A DNA stretch of 64,000 nucleotides from Candidatus Brocadiia bacterium. Lineage in GTDB: Bacteria > Planctomycetota > Brocadiia > SM23-32. Below, piece after piece: positions 1-10,804 of this stretch (position 1 is the stretch's first letter; each line of letters begins with the position of its first letter). The translations under genes were made by a program, and so were the position numbers. The DNA is taken from contig JBKHIT010000012.1 of the NCBI GenBank assembly GCA_046538485.1, positions 1 through 64,000 on the forward strand, given 5' to 3'. Under the pieces are notes generated by a model. That model made no database searches, had not been told where the DNA came from, and was given only the letters and a program-made list of their open reading frames with translations.

Positions 1-94
1 CTTTCGGTTGCAGTTACTCACTGATTACACTGTCAACCTATAGCAGGACGGGACACGGGACACTGGTTACTGGTGACTGATCACCGGTCACCGA

Positions 95-1309
95 TCACCC
101 GCCGTCCAACGCTGCCCCCGCCGCCTCTTCCACAATCCTCTCAAAGCGGGCGCCGATCTTTCTGATATCGAAATGCGTCTCGGCATAGTCTCGCGCGTTC
201 TCACCCATTTCCTTACGCAGTTCCCCATCATCGTATAATCGTCGCGCTGCATCAACAAAACCCTCAGAATCATCTGGTGGCACGACCAGCCCCGCTTCAT
301 TCTCGGACACTATACGCGATGTGAGATTCTCCGGCGGCATGGCAAGAAGTATCGGCCGCCCCGTGCAAAGATAGGTGAGCACCTTGGACGGCACGGAAAA
401 CACGCCCGCTTCCGGTTCCAGAACCCCCATCACCACATCCGCCGTTCCCAGGACGTCCGGCAAATCCTCAAACGGCTGAAACCGCGAAAGGATCAGATTT
501 TTCAGGTCGAACTCTTCCTTTTTATCTCTCAGATAATCCGCTCCCAAACCCTCGGACACCACATCCACGCGCACATCGTCAGCCCCCTCAAACTCACTGG
601 CAAGACGCACGAGATGATCCGGATTGTGTTTCATACCCAGTGTGCCGGAGTAGACGAAACAGAACTTATCGTCCAATCCTCTCTCCCGGCTCCATTCATT
701 TTGTTTTGGTCGGACCGGCATATCCTCCAGGGGAGCCCAGTTCTGTACCACATGGACGCGATCCGTCTCCACCCCGGCCTCGTCCATGATCGGGCAGAAA
801 TCTTCGGTAATCACCACCACCCGATCACTTCTCCGCAACAGTGAGTATTCAAGATGCTGGAAATACTTACCAATAAGCCCTCCCACAAAAGGGATTTTTT
901 GCCGGAGGGCGCTCTCGATACCCACGCTGAGCAGATCCTGCACCCAGAAAACGAACCCCACATCTTGTTTCCGACAGCTCTTCTGAAGTATACGCTGCGT
1001 TTCCAGTGGAGTATTGGCGGAAACCACCACGTCCGGTCTGAAGGCCTCCACCCGTTCGACGATGCCTTTTCCCAGTGCCCGCTCATTGAAGAAACGTTTC
1101 AGCAGAGAATAACGTGAGAACGAGTCTCCGATGGAGATTCCCTCCACGCTGAAGGTCTCAGGATCATCATCCTGCGGCAGAAGTTTCCCCCGGGGGGTGG
1201 TGACTCCCGCGGTATAACCGTGAAATACGGTATGGCCACGACGTGCCAGCTCACGGCTCAGTTGCACCTGGAAAGGATGGCCGGCATGGTCGTAGAGAAT
1301 TGTTCTCAT
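95..1309 (-). CDS. Glycosyltransferase family 4 (WbuB/WcaI-like)
   Basis: GT-B motifs WVQD, YSGTLGMKH, VPSKVLTYLCTGRPIL; likely ATG at 1309. Confidence 0.88.
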   Translation of the reverse strand: MRTILYDHAGHPFQVQLSRELARRGHTVFHGYTAGVTTPRGKLLPQDDDPETFSVEGISIGDSFSRYSLLKRFFNERALGKGIVERVEAFRPDVVVSANTPLETQRILQKSCRKQDVGFVFWVQDLLSVGIESALRQKIPFVGGLIGKYFQHLEYSLLRRSDRVVVITEDFCPIMDEAGVETDRVHVVQNWAPLEDMPVRPKQNEWSRERGLDDKFCFVYSGTLGMKHNPDHLVRLASEFEGADDVRVDVVSEGLGADYLRDKKEEFDLKNLILSRFQPFEDLPDVLGTADVVMGVLEPEAGVFSVPSKVLTYLCTGRPILLAMPPENLTSRIVSENEAGLVVPPDDSEGFVDAARRLYDDGELRKEMGENARDYAETHFDIRKIGARFERIVEEAAGAALDGG

Positions 1310-1357
1310 ATAGCTCAAAATCCGATAAACCACAAGAGATCTTTTGGGGCTGAATGA

Positions 1358-2317
1358 TCAGTATTCGGGGCCCAAAAATCGCGCAGGCATCAACCGCCCG
1401 TGTTTGTATACATCAATATCAAAAGCGTCCAGAATATCAAATGCTTTTCCCCGCGTTTCGGAAGACACTTCCTCCCTCCATTTCCGAATAAGATACTTTC
1501 GGTCCTGACTTCTCACTTTATCCACTGTTTTATCAGACGAAGAATCTGTGGTTCGCGATGGAGAACTATGCTGCCGCAACATCTTGTCGGGCCGAGGCAG
1601 GTCAAGCTTTTGAGCAAGGGTTTTTATACATGTTGTCGGGTACATCACCAATTCCTCGTAGGATAAAGCTGCGATGTCTGGATTCTGATTTTTAATGTAC
1701 CGAAGGGGGACAATGTTCCCGAGACACCACTCAGTCACAAATGCGAGTAAGGTTTTCTTCCCAATGTAGGGCTGGATTATTTCAACTCCCTGTTCTGGCA
1801 GATACTTTTCATCAAGATGCTTGAGATAAGACTCAATGCACGTATGATGACCACGTTTCATCGCAGAAAGGCCAGTTGGGATAGGATGTCTAAACAGATA
1901 TACAATACGAAAATCGGTATTATGGTAAAACCATTTTATAAGGGCATTCGCCCGTATGACTTTTATCACCCTTCGATGGTTTCGAAAACTAAAGTGGGGA
2001 TTCAAAGGATTCCGAGGTCCAAAATGGCCGATGGGATCGTCAGTAACAAAATAATCCTGCATAATTTGCTCTTCGCGGGGGGAAAGGGAAACATAATCCC
2101 AACGCGTCTGAATGGGTAAAAAATCATTGTAGTCAAGGGTATCTTTGCCCAAAGGTTCGAATATAAACTTTACTCGGGGCTGAGTGTAGATCAATTCCAT
2201 CAGCCAGGTGGAACCACTCCTCGGCGAGGACAAAAGCAAAATATCCTCCTGACGGGGAATATAATAGTTAAATTGCGCCGCCAGGGCCTTTATCTTCTCT
2301 TTACACCACCGCATCAT
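1358..2317 (-). CDS. Sulfotransferase family protein
   Basis: 5'-PSB motif SSPRSGSTWL, 3'-PB-like LFRHP, YEEL, C-terminal KWREE. Confidence 0.85.
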   Translation of the reverse strand: MMRWCKEKIKALAAQFNYYIPRQEDILLLSSPRSGSTWLMELIYTQPRVKFIFEPLGKDTLDYNDFLPIQTRWDYVSLSPREEQIMQDYFVTDDPIGHFGPRNPLNPHFSFRNHRRVIKVIRANALIKWFYHNTDFRIVYLFRHPIPTGLSAMKRGHHTCIESYLKHLDEKYLPEQGVEIIQPYIGKKTLLAFVTEWCLGNIVPLRYIKNQNPDIAALSYEELVMYPTTCIKTLAQKLDLPRPDKMLRQHSSPSRTTDSSSDKTVDKVRSQDRKYLIRKWREEVSSETRGKAFDILDAFDIDVYKHGRLMPARFLGPEY

Positions 2318-2481
2318 AGGTCACTGCCCTTTATATAGTTTGCTCTTAATTCATCGCACCAAAAACGATCAAGCGAGGTCACCGCCCCTCACCAAAGAAT
2401 GTGGGCAATATTCTGGTAAGACTCAGGCACCTCACCAGTAAGAACTGTCCCTGGCGTGTAAAATAAGCGATTTCGCATCGG

Positions 2482-3344
2482 TCACCATATCTTATTGTTT
2501 ACATATCCCAGTTCAATCAAAAGATCCCCTGCGATTTCCTTGAACTGTCGTTTATGTTCTTCGGTAAATGTCTTCTTCCATCTGCATTTGTCGCCTCTGC
2601 GATAGGTATGAGAATTCTCGGGATTTATGCTTTGAATCGCCTGTTCTGTTACATGGCTGGCGTCAAAGTTACGTCCCGATTTCCGGGCGTAATAACGAAC
2701 CATCTTCGCAACTGTGGTTTCAGCTTTGGCGAGTAGGTCTTCAAATTTTACCGCACAGACATCATCGTGATCTATCCAGGGCATATACCGCCGAAATCGC
2801 TCGGCTATATTGGGGTAATCATAGGGAACATCCAGAAATTCATGTCCCATAATGGAAAAAGAAATCCTGTCTTCCACTGTATCCAGTGATTTAAAATACT
2901 TATGCAATCGATGCCATCGGTTCATACGTGTAAGATAATGCGCCTCGGAAACCACCACATCACGCGGATCACGGTATATGAAAAAGTGCGCGAAGTTCCT
3001 GTCCGCCAACCAGCCCCCGTATCGCTTACTATAAACCAGATGTGCTCTCATGAGCTCCCCCGGTGCGGCACCTGATATTTTGCGACGTATGCTGGCATCA
3101 CTGCGTCTGCGGTACGTAATGGACGGGCGCGTGGCCAGGAACCGGCGGTAATTCCGCACACCTGGCAACGCCTCCAGAACCTGCGACAGCAGATGGGTGC
3201 CGCTTTTGGGGAACGAATTGCAGAGTACTGGCGGTTTTTCGGGTAATCATCGGATCCGGCCGCGAGCCAGCGACACAATCGTGGAACCTCTAACAACAGG
3301 GCTATTCCCTTTCTGGCTGGAGCAGTTTGGATAAGTTCTCGCAT
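2482..3344 (-). pseudogene. Sulfotransferase, frameshifted at an A5 run (real mutation or assembly error)
   Basis: N-terminus MRELIQ... (ATG 3344) is in a different frame from PPVLCNSFPKSGTHLL...YRDPRDVVVS; adding one A at the T run 3235-3239 joins them. Confidence 0.8.
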
Positions 3345-3418
3345 TGTACCTACCAATGAACTGTCTTTCTGTCACGAAACTAAGGCGCCCACGATCGTTT
3401 TCCGGTATATTCCTGGCC

Positions 3419-4594
3419 TCATATCAGAGACCGGTATAAATCAAGAATACGCTCCGAGATTCGGCCCCACTCGTAATGCTCAAAAACATAAGCGCGAGCT
3501 CGTTCGCCCATATCTCTGCGTTCTCCATCGGAGAGCCCCAGTAACTCCTGTAACGCCTCAGACAGCGGTTCGGGCTCTGGGGCGACATAGCGTCCGATTT
3601 CGAGTTCTTCCAGCTCGTGCCAGGGGGTGCCTGTAGTCGTGATGACCGGGGTCCTGCTGGCCATCGCCTCAGGTACCACTATCCCAAAATTTTCGGAGTA
3701 TGATGGTAATATAAAAACATCCGCACGGTTATAGAGGGCCAGTTTTTCATCACCCGACACGGTGCCGACGAAAACAACCGAGTCCCTCACCCCATATTGA
3801 TTCATCCATTTTAGCACCTTTCCCTTGTATCCTTCCCTATCCGGTCCAGCAATGACCAGAACAGATCCCCCATGATTAACCCGCTTCAAATATTCTGCCC
3901 ATGCTGGCACCAAGACATCAAACCCCTTTTCCGGGGCTATGCGGCCCATAAATAAAACCACTCGTTTTCTCCGCAGCTCCGGCCAGGTTTCGTCTGCGAT
4001 CGATTTGCACGGAAGATCCCTGAATTGCTGAGCGCTTATCCCGTTGGGTATCATTTGCATCCTGCCGTCATAGCCTGAAGCTCGCAAATGCCTCTTCTCC
4101 TGATCCGAACATGCCTGAACGCAGGACGCCCTCCGCAGTATTCCACGTCCGAGAACCTCCAAATACGGCTTTTTCTTCCAGTATTTACGGGACACACGGC
4201 GCGGATTCAACGCCCCAGCAGGGCGGAGTACAGATGGAGTCCCGGTCTGTCTCGCTATCCGGGAACAGGCCCAGATCGGATGCCCCCAGAAGTCCATCAT
4301 ATGAATCACATCCACATTCTCCACGGATCTTCGAAACTCATCTGTTAGAGCAGAACTGCGTGCCCAGCTCCGCGGCCACCCCCCATCGAAAAGTCGCAAT
4401 TTAAGACCTTCAATGGGAGACTCCTGATTTGTACGTTTATCATAAACAGGAGCCCAGTAGCTTACCTCGTGCCCTTTTCCTATAAACTCCCGGGCCAGAT
4501 TCAGAGCTACTTCCACGGGGCCCCCACATTCCACCCCATAGTAATTTAGAACGAAAGCAATGTTTAACGGGTCTTCTGACTTTGTTGTAATCAT
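3419..4594 (-). CDS. Glycosyltransferase family 4
   Basis: FMGRIAPEKG and LPSYSENFGIVVPEAMA motifs. Confidence 0.92.
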   Translation of the reverse strand: MITTKSEDPLNIAFVLNYYGVECGGPVEVALNLAREFIGKGHEVSYWAPVYDKRTNQESPIEGLKLRLFDGGWPRSWARSSALTDEFRRSVENVDVIHMMDFWGHPIWACSRIARQTGTPSVLRPAGALNPRRVSRKYWKKKPYLEVLGRGILRRASCVQACSDQEKRHLRASGYDGRMQMIPNGISAQQFRDLPCKSIADETWPELRRKRVVLFMGRIAPEKGFDVLVPAWAEYLKRVNHGGSVLVIAGPDREGYKGKVLKWMNQYGVRDSVVFVGTVSGDEKLALYNRADVFILPSYSENFGIVVPEAMASRTPVITTTGTPWHELEELEIGRYVAPEPEPLSEALQELLGLSDGERRDMGERARAYVFEHYEWGRISERILDLYRSLI

Positions 4595-4619
4595 TTATCT
4601 ACTTTCCCTGTCCTTTGCA

Positions 4620-5453
4620 TCATCTACGTTCCGGTACCCTCAAATTGCGCTTCCGTTCTGGCCTGCAGCTTATGAAACACCTCATGCGCCCGTTTCCGGA
4701 CCCCTGTAATATCGTCATTTTTCTTGATGCGCCTCCGCAGCATCTTTTTGCGTTTTTTTCTCGCTTTCTATATTGCGATTCTCTTTTACGGCTATATTGC
4801 GTGGTATGCCCAATCCTTTTCTGGGCCAACGCATCAACGAGTTCGAAAGCACGTTTATTGGCAGCGGGATTACTATGGTCAAATATTTTGTAGGAGACAT
4901 CAAATTTTTGATTAACTGCTTCGATAATGTCGCCAAAGCGTTCCGTGGTATACGGAAAACTACTCAACACACAATTTCCCAGCACCTCCCCAATCCCTTG
5001 ATAAAACCAGGCGTATTCATAGTATGCACTGGTGGCTGGGAGCCAGGGAGAACGCAACATCCGCGAAACGACAGCATCATCGGGATTTCTAAAAACTACA
5101 ATGGTCGGTATATGCCACCGAACCGCTGCCAGCACCTGCGCCGGTGCGTGACTGTGCTGAGCCATCCGGACGGGGCCATCCTGCGCCACACGAAATGCTG
5201 CTTCAGCAAATGAATTTGCACAACGAGGATATCCTTCTATCACAATTTCGTTATCTCGTGAGACCGTACCGGATTTCTTTGCCATTATAGCGAAGGAAAG
5301 GTAAATCTTAGGATGAACTGCGACGACATTTCGTACAGTTCGCCGAAAGAGCCTCCAATATTTGCCTTTCGGGCATTCAGGTAGCACTCCTAATCCCTTC
5401 CAGTTATTGAAAACACAAACTTCACAATCTGTCGTAAAGGGCGCTAATGGCAT
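4620..5453 (-). CDS. Sulfotransferase-like protein (possible frameshift near the C-terminus; start uncertain)
   Basis: IEGYPRCANSF resembles a 5'-PSB loop and VFRNPDDAVVS a 3'-PB motif; an alternative-frame C-terminus follows the T7 run at 4753-4759. Confidence 0.6.
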   Translation of the reverse strand: MPLAPFTTDCEVCVFNNWKGLGVLPECPKGKYWRLFRRTVRNVVAVHPKIYLSFAIMAKKSGTVSRDNEIVIEGYPRCANSFAEAAFRVAQDGPVRMAQHSHAPAQVLAAVRWHIPTIVVFRNPDDAVVSRMLRSPWLPATSAYYEYAWFYQGIGEVLGNCVLSSFPYTTERFGDIIEAVNQKFDVSYKIFDHSNPAANKRAFELVDALAQKRIGHTTQYSRKRESQYRKREKNAKRCCGGASRKMTILQGSGNGRMRCFISCRPERKRNLRVPERR

Positions 5454-6703
5454 TCGTTATCTTCCACATCCTTTTGGAGCGTTTTCAACTGCCACATAAA
5501 TGTCAACGAAATAATGAAAATAAAATTCGATCCGTTACCTATACGGTCCAGATCAGACTCCCCACCGGCGTGAGCTAAGACACAGATCAAAAGAGAAAAA
5601 TAGAGAGCAGTCTGTCGCGGTCTATTTTTCATTCCACAAAAAACATGTTTTATGGGATAAACAAAGAAGATGAACAAAGGAATAATCGAGAGAGGCCCCA
5701 AATCGACGATCAATTGCAAATATCCATTATGGGCCTGCTTTCCGAAAAATGATTGCAAATGCTGGCGGCCCAAACCGGGACCCAACCCAAAAGGAGCTAT
5801 GGGCTTTCGAAACATATTATCCAAAACATAATCCCACACAAAAACGCGGCCGCTGAGAGTCGAAAAAGGACGGGCAAAAATAAAATTTTCAATCGGATCT
5901 GAGATCACAGACCATGACAGCATGAGAGTAATCAGGGTAGTGAAGAGTAAAACTAATAAAAATCCAATCTGCTTTATGAGTTCACGGCCGCCGAAACGCA
6001 AGCTTAAAAAGCTAAGTAGACCTAGCAAAAAAGCAACCGCCATTGTTCGCGAGCCACTCAGAACCATTGCTGCCCCGGTAGGAAGAGCACAGATTAGCAG
6101 TACAAATTTGTACCAGTTCTGCCTGACGGACATAAAGAGGCCAGTTGCTGCAAGGCTCGCTAGACCAGCCAAGAAGGCCTGGTGGTTAGGATGCACGCCG
6201 GGAATTGAAGCCCGGAATGTTGAGTAACGGCCAACGTCAACTGCGTGTTTGAGGGCGTATACCGAGAAAACAGCTCCCGCCATACAAAGCCCGAATAACA
6301 ACGAATTGCCTCGATTGCGAAATTGAGGAGACGGGGAAGATATACGAGCCATAGCCCAGTAACAGCACAGCAACACAGTCCATCGGATCAGCCCCCAACA
6401 ACATGGCCAGTTGAGAAAAGCACTGAAAACCGCGAGCGAGAATAGCAGCAGCAACGGGATAATTGGATTATAAGAGCCGGAGTTCCGTTGAGCTGCCGTT
6501 ATACCAACTAACAGGAGTAACAACACGGCGGCTAGCCGCAGCCCAAGTTGAAGGCGCCGATGATCCGAAGCTAATTCAGAGAAGTTAGCGAGCAATCCTA
6601 TCAACAAACCAGCAATAGCAAAAAAAGGCACGATTCCAAACTGGCCGGAGGGCCTTTTAGCTTCTTCGTTTCCTAATATATCGTTTTGTTCCGTGGACAT
6701 CAT
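5444..6703 (-). CDS. wzy: O-antigen ligase / Wzy polymerase family membrane protein
   Basis: Multiple TM segments, LSGSR, LSGRxxxW, AHNGYLQLIVDLG motifs; lies next to wzx. Confidence 0.8.
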   Translation of the reverse strand: MMSTEQNDILGNEEAKRPSGQFGIVPFFAIAGLLIGLLANFSELASDHRRLQLGLRLAAVLLLLLVGITAAQRNSGSYNPIIPLLLLFSLAVFSAFLNWPCCWGLIRWTVLLCCYWAMARISSPSPQFRNRGNSLLFGLCMAGAVFSVYALKHAVDVGRYSTFRASIPGVHPNHQAFLAGLASLAATGLFMSVRQNWYKFVLLICALPTGAAMVLSGSRTMAVAFLLGLLSFLSLRFGGRELIKQIGFLLVLLFTTLITLMLSWSVISDPIENFIFARPFSTLSGRVFVWDYVLDNMFRKPIAPFGLGPGLGRQHLQSFFGKQAHNGYLQLIVDLGPLSIIPLFIFFVYPIKHVFCGMKNRPRQTALYFSLLICVLAHAGGESDLDRIGNGSNFIFIISLTFMWQLKTLQKDVEDNECH

Positions 6704-6763
6704 TCCATTCTTATTTTTTATCCGGTACATTAAAGCAATGCGAGCCTAAATCTGATTTTGCTT

Positions 6764-8086
6764 TCATCGAAATAGAATAAATGAATGGATCCCTGTCTTC
6801 CAGCGTGCGACGAATACAAGCATCACACGACACGAAATCCACGATACAGCCGTGGCAACGCCCGCTCCTTCTATTCCGAATCTTGGGATCAGAATTGCGT
6901 TAAGTGCCACATTCAGAAGTGCGGCAAGCGAAAAAATTGCTGCTGACCAGTAGTGCAAATCCGTAAGGTGCAACAGGTGGGCGACCGGTCCACAGGTGAC
7001 ACCCAACAGGCGAGCTAAAACGAGTATCGCTAAAGCCCCCATGCCGGCCTCAAAGCCCTCGCCGAATAGGGCAAGAACAAATTCGCCCTTCACAATGAGA
7101 AAGATAGCAAGGAATAACGAAGGCCAGAATACGAACTGGACGACCTTGTTCACCATGTGCTGTAATCGGTCAAGCTCTCCCTTGGCATATAAGGTGGCGA
7201 TAAGCGGCGCCACAACTGCATTGGCAGCCAATAAGGGCACCCGGCAAAGTTTTGCAGTCCGGGTGGCCGCCGAGTAAATGCCCGTCTCGGCCGCCCCAGA
7301 CATGCTTCCCAGCATGATGATATCCACCCGCTGCAAAGCCATTGCAGCTCCATTAACAACAAGCAAAGAACTACCAACGCTTAGCCACAAACCCGGATGA
7401 AATTTTGCCCTAGCTTGCGAAATTCCCTCTGGCAACTCTTTCCGTATCCAAAAAAACTGCAATCCCACTCCAAAAATTAAACCTGCAAGGAAAAAAAGCA
7501 TTGCTTGAGTACTGGCAAGTTGATGCCAGCGGGCGAGTATTGACGTACAGAGCAATGGGACGAGAAACAAAATAACGTTCGGGATTACTAAGGCCCTACC
7601 GATCTTGCGCAAGGCTCGTAGCATATCCTTGTGGAGCAACATAAGACTGAACAGCGGAATGAGCCCGACTCCCACGAAAACCGTAGCGGGATCAATTTTT
7701 TTGAAATTTGTTGCCCAAACAATAACTGTGCAACAAACGGCGAGGACAATACCTAAACCGAACACTAAAATTCGGCTGAAACGAATATAGCCTTTCAATT
7801 CCGCTAGTCTGTCCGGCGATAGGTAAGTGGATACAAACCTCAAAGATGCAACGGAAAGCCCGAGGATTGCCACGACGGATAACAGCTGTGCCAGACCCAG
7901 CGAAAAGGAAACAGCGCCATAACCGGATTTCCCCAGATACCGCGCAAAAAACAAATGAAACAAGTACCGAAGGCCGACACCGCTCCCATGCAAAACAACT
8001 GCAATGGAAGCTCCCTTCAAGAGTAACTTTTTTAGTTCATTGCCTTCCTGTACCGGAAACAACCGTCTTAAGAGATGTCCGAACAT
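6764..8086 (-). CDS. wzx: Polysaccharide flippase (Wzx/MOP family)
   Basis: ARYLGKSGYG, DIIMLG...ETGIYSAA, LNAILIPRFGIEGAGVAT motifs. Confidence 0.9.
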   Translation of the reverse strand: MFGHLLRRLFPVQEGNELKKLLLKGASIAVVLHGSGVGLRYLFHLFFARYLGKSGYGAVSFSLGLAQLLSVVAILGLSVASLRFVSTYLSPDRLAELKGYIRFSRILVFGLGIVLAVCCTVIVWATNFKKIDPATVFVGVGLIPLFSLMLLHKDMLRALRKIGRALVIPNVILFLVPLLCTSILARWHQLASTQAMLFFLAGLIFGVGLQFFWIRKELPEGISQARAKFHPGLWLSVGSSLLVVNGAAMALQRVDIIMLGSMSGAAETGIYSAATRTAKLCRVPLLAANAVVAPLIATLYAKGELDRLQHMVNKVVQFVFWPSLFLAIFLIVKGEFVLALFGEGFEAGMGALAILVLARLLGVTCGPVAHLLHLTDLHYWSAAIFSLAALLNVALNAILIPRFGIEGAGVATAVSWISCRVMLVFVARWKTGIHSFILFR

Positions 8087-8224
8087 AGAGCACTTTCTAC
8101 TTTCTTTTCGCGAAACGTCACACCGGTTGTCTCTTTGCACTTCTGGATTCTTGACCGCACGTAAAGCCGTAAATAACGAACGCCAAAAAAGCGTACCGGT
8201 ATTGCATTTCCAAAACTCAATCCT

Positions 8225-9085
8225 TTATTCATAACCCAGGATCCCTGGGAGGTCACCGGCTTTTCGTTGGAAATAAACGCTAACCTTATCGTTAAACTTC
8301 TCTCGCCAATCTCCGGAAATCCCTCTTCTATATTTGGCAGTTTCCTCTTCTTGCCCTTTGCGCCGGCCCGTCACGCTCACGAGAGAGTGATCGTGGATGA
8401 CACTGTGCATTAGCCGATCCGGCATGCAGATGTCACAGTGCGCGAAAAGCTCTTTTACAAAATGGTCCCCGCGCGAGCCCGTTAAATCTTCGAACCTGAA
8501 GATACGGATTCGTGTATCATCTTGGTCCTGGCCTGCCCAGGAACGCAAGGCGTCAAATCGACCCAAAGATTCCCAAAGGTCGATCACATATAGAAGCCCT
8601 TCACTCCGGGAAAGATTTCTCAGCTCTTTTCTGCGTTCCCGAACATTAGGATTCGGCGGATGGCTGTAGCGCAAAGAGAAATAAGACGAAACCACCAAAT
8701 CACGGGGATCCCTCATCACAAAAAAGGCCCGGTAAACATCAGGCTTCGGAATTTTTTCAAAAATATCGTACCCGATATAGAGAGGACTGACTATAGTTCG
8801 CTCAGGGAAAGGGTTAGAAAATACGCGATCTTTGATCGGCCGTGGATCCACACCAGAAAAGTGTTCTTTTTGGTAAGAAAAAGGGTATAATCCGGTGTAT
8901 CGATATGTGCGCGGATCGCAAAGCATCCGGCGGATCCATTGGCTGCCCGTTTTATAAATGCAACAGTGATAGATATTTCGAATTGAAGAACGTTTTTCGA
9001 CACGAGAAAGACTCGCAGTTATCTGAACTAGCTTGTATTTCAGTTTGCCGGGTAAAAACTTCCGTAGCCAGCCGATATAATTCAT
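8225..9085 (-). CDS. Sulfotransferase family protein
   Basis: HCCIYKTGSQW, MRDPRDLVVSSYFS, RFEDL, YRRGISGDW motifs. Confidence 0.88.
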   Translation of the reverse strand: MNYIGWLRKFLPGKLKYKLVQITASLSRVEKRSSIRNIYHCCIYKTGSQWIRRMLCDPRTYRYTGLYPFSYQKEHFSGVDPRPIKDRVFSNPFPERTIVSPLYIGYDIFEKIPKPDVYRAFFVMRDPRDLVVSSYFSLRYSHPPNPNVRERRKELRNLSRSEGLLYVIDLWESLGRFDALRSWAGQDQDDTRIRIFRFEDLTGSRGDHFVKELFAHCDICMPDRLMHSVIHDHSLVSVTGRRKGQEEETAKYRRGISGDWREKFNDKVSVYFQRKAGDLPGILGYE

Positions 9086-9282
9086 TCTTGGGAAAAATCC
9101 AGGAAAATGTATGGTTTCTTGCCCGCGCAGGAGGGCGATTGGCCCAACAAGCGAACAGCCACGCGCAACTTCCCCCAAAAATCTCTCGGCATCGTCCGCC
9201 AACCGGCGTCGGTGCGGATGCCTTTGGATTCGGCAATTTCTGTGAGTTTGGACGGGGTTTTCATGGGGGTTTCGATGCTGGA

Positions 9283-9425
9283 AGTTCTAAGTGAACGGAG
9301 AAACGGACTGGACTGGGTTCTAAGTTCTAAGTTACAGGCACACGACAATTATCACACGGAGGCGCGAAGACGCAGGGAACGGCGGACGGCCAGAGGTCAG
9401 ATGTCAGAGGTCAGAGATCAGAGAC
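9283..9425. repeat. Degenerate 7-bp tandem repeats (TTCTAAG; CAGAGGT/CAGAGAT)
   Basis: ttctaag-ttctaag and cagaggt-cagatgt-cagaggt-cagagat; related heptamer runs at ~57-101 and 10919-10946. Confidence 0.55.
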
Positions 9426-9628
9426 CAACAATAGACGACAAACAAACAACGGCAAAAACGACGCGAGTCTAATTATAAAACAGCAGTACGACAGTAGAAT
9501 ACAATCTAATACTGACTGCATGCCGTTACGTTGCTCGCCATTATCACGAAATCCTTCTTTGCCGTTCGCCGTTTGTCCTTCTGTGCGTCTCTGCGGGAAA
9601 CAATGTCGTATCCCGCCGGGGTTTATGC

Positions 9629-10696
9629 TCATCCAGCAGCCTCCTCGGCCGTTTCATCTTCTTTTCTCGCCCACTCCATCGCCAAAAACTCCAAAAACGA
9701 CGCCAGAAAGATGAAGAAAAAGAACGATAGAAAACCGGTCCCCGCCACGATCATTTTCCGGTCCGGCTCGCTCGGTTTCACGGGTACCACAGCTCTGTCT
9801 CCCAGTTTCAAACCCTGGGTCCGGCAGGCCACCTGAATCGAAACGTCATCGTATTTCGCCGACCACCGTATGTAACGACGTTCTCTCAGCGACCTCTCGC
9901 GCTCAAGTTCGCCCTGTTTCATCTCTTTCTCGTGCAAATCCTGCTGCAAACGGACCGCTTCAGCGCGCAACCTCTCAACATCCTTCTCGATCGCCGCTGC
10001 TTCCGGAATCAGATCCGAGACGGGAATACCATAGGCCTCCCCATCGCCAAGATGCCGAGACGCCAACTGCATATATCCCAGAACCCGAATTTGCGCCAGA
10101 CGATTAGAAATCTCGTGCTGAACCAGCTCTATCTCAGCGGTTTTCTCGAACCGCAGCAAATCCATCTCGGCCTGTTCGAGTTGCCGGCGTGCCTGGTCTA
10201 CCTTTTCCTTCAAAACCTGTCGACGCTTATCTGCCCCTCTGGTCCCGAGTTCCGTCGCCTGTTCCACGGCCCGCTCCGCTAAAAAATTCGCCAGGTCCCG
10301 GGCCAGTTCTGGATCCTGCAACGTCACGCGGACGGCGATAAGCTGGCTCCCCCGCACCGGCTGGGCCGAAACTCGTTCCCTCAACGCCTGCCATGTAAGC
10401 TCATGGGGTGAATCGTCAACACCAAGTTTTTCTATCGCCTCACGTAGAATTTCCTGACGCATGACAATCCGCTGATACGTCGTCCCCAGGTTCTGAATAG
10501 TCCTGGGGCTGAGGGCCTGCGTTTCTCGATCGCCGGGGATGATCGATCCTTCGATCAGCAGTGTCGCTTCAGCCTGGTATTTTTCCGGCAGCCTCAGTGC
10601 GACCACGATGGCCACGCCCGTGCAAAGAATTATCCCCAGCACCACCATCCACTTGCGTTTTCGTATAGCGCGCACGTAATCAATTAAGTCCATCAT
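9629..10696 (-). CDS. wzz: Polysaccharide chain-length determinant (Wzz/GumC family)
   Basis: DLIDYVRAIRKRKW-TM-PEKYQAEATLLI, coiled coil, AVVPVKPSEP-TM. Confidence 0.85.
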   Translation of the reverse strand: MMDLIDYVRAIRKRKWMVVLGIILCTGVAIVVALRLPEKYQAEATLLIEGSIIPGDRETQALSPRTIQNLGTTYQRIVMRQEILREAIEKLGVDDSPHELTWQALRERVSAQPVRGSQLIAVRVTLQDPELARDLANFLAERAVEQATELGTRGADKRRQVLKEKVDQARRQLEQAEMDLLRFEKTAEIELVQHEISNRLAQIRVLGYMQLASRHLGDGEAYGIPVSDLIPEAAAIEKDVERLRAEAVRLQQDLHEKEMKQGELERERSLRERRYIRWSAKYDDVSIQVACRTQGLKLGDRAVVPVKPSEPDRKMIVAGTGFLSFFFFIFLASFLEFLAMEWARKEDETAEEAAG

Positions 10697-10776
10697 ACTC
10701 TCCTGCAATCGAGGATATTAATGCCGTCTGTTCCATTCTCGTCGAAAAAACATCGCCCTGAAGAGAAATGGCCACT

Positions 10777-10804
10777 ATTATAGCAAAAATCAAACAAAAG
10801 TCAG
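10777..10804 (-). promoter_or_regulatory. Putative sigma70 extended -10 promoter for the wzz operon
   Basis: Minus strand CTGACT-N16-TATAAT with TGn directly before the -10, ~80 bp upstream of wzz. Confidence 0.45.
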
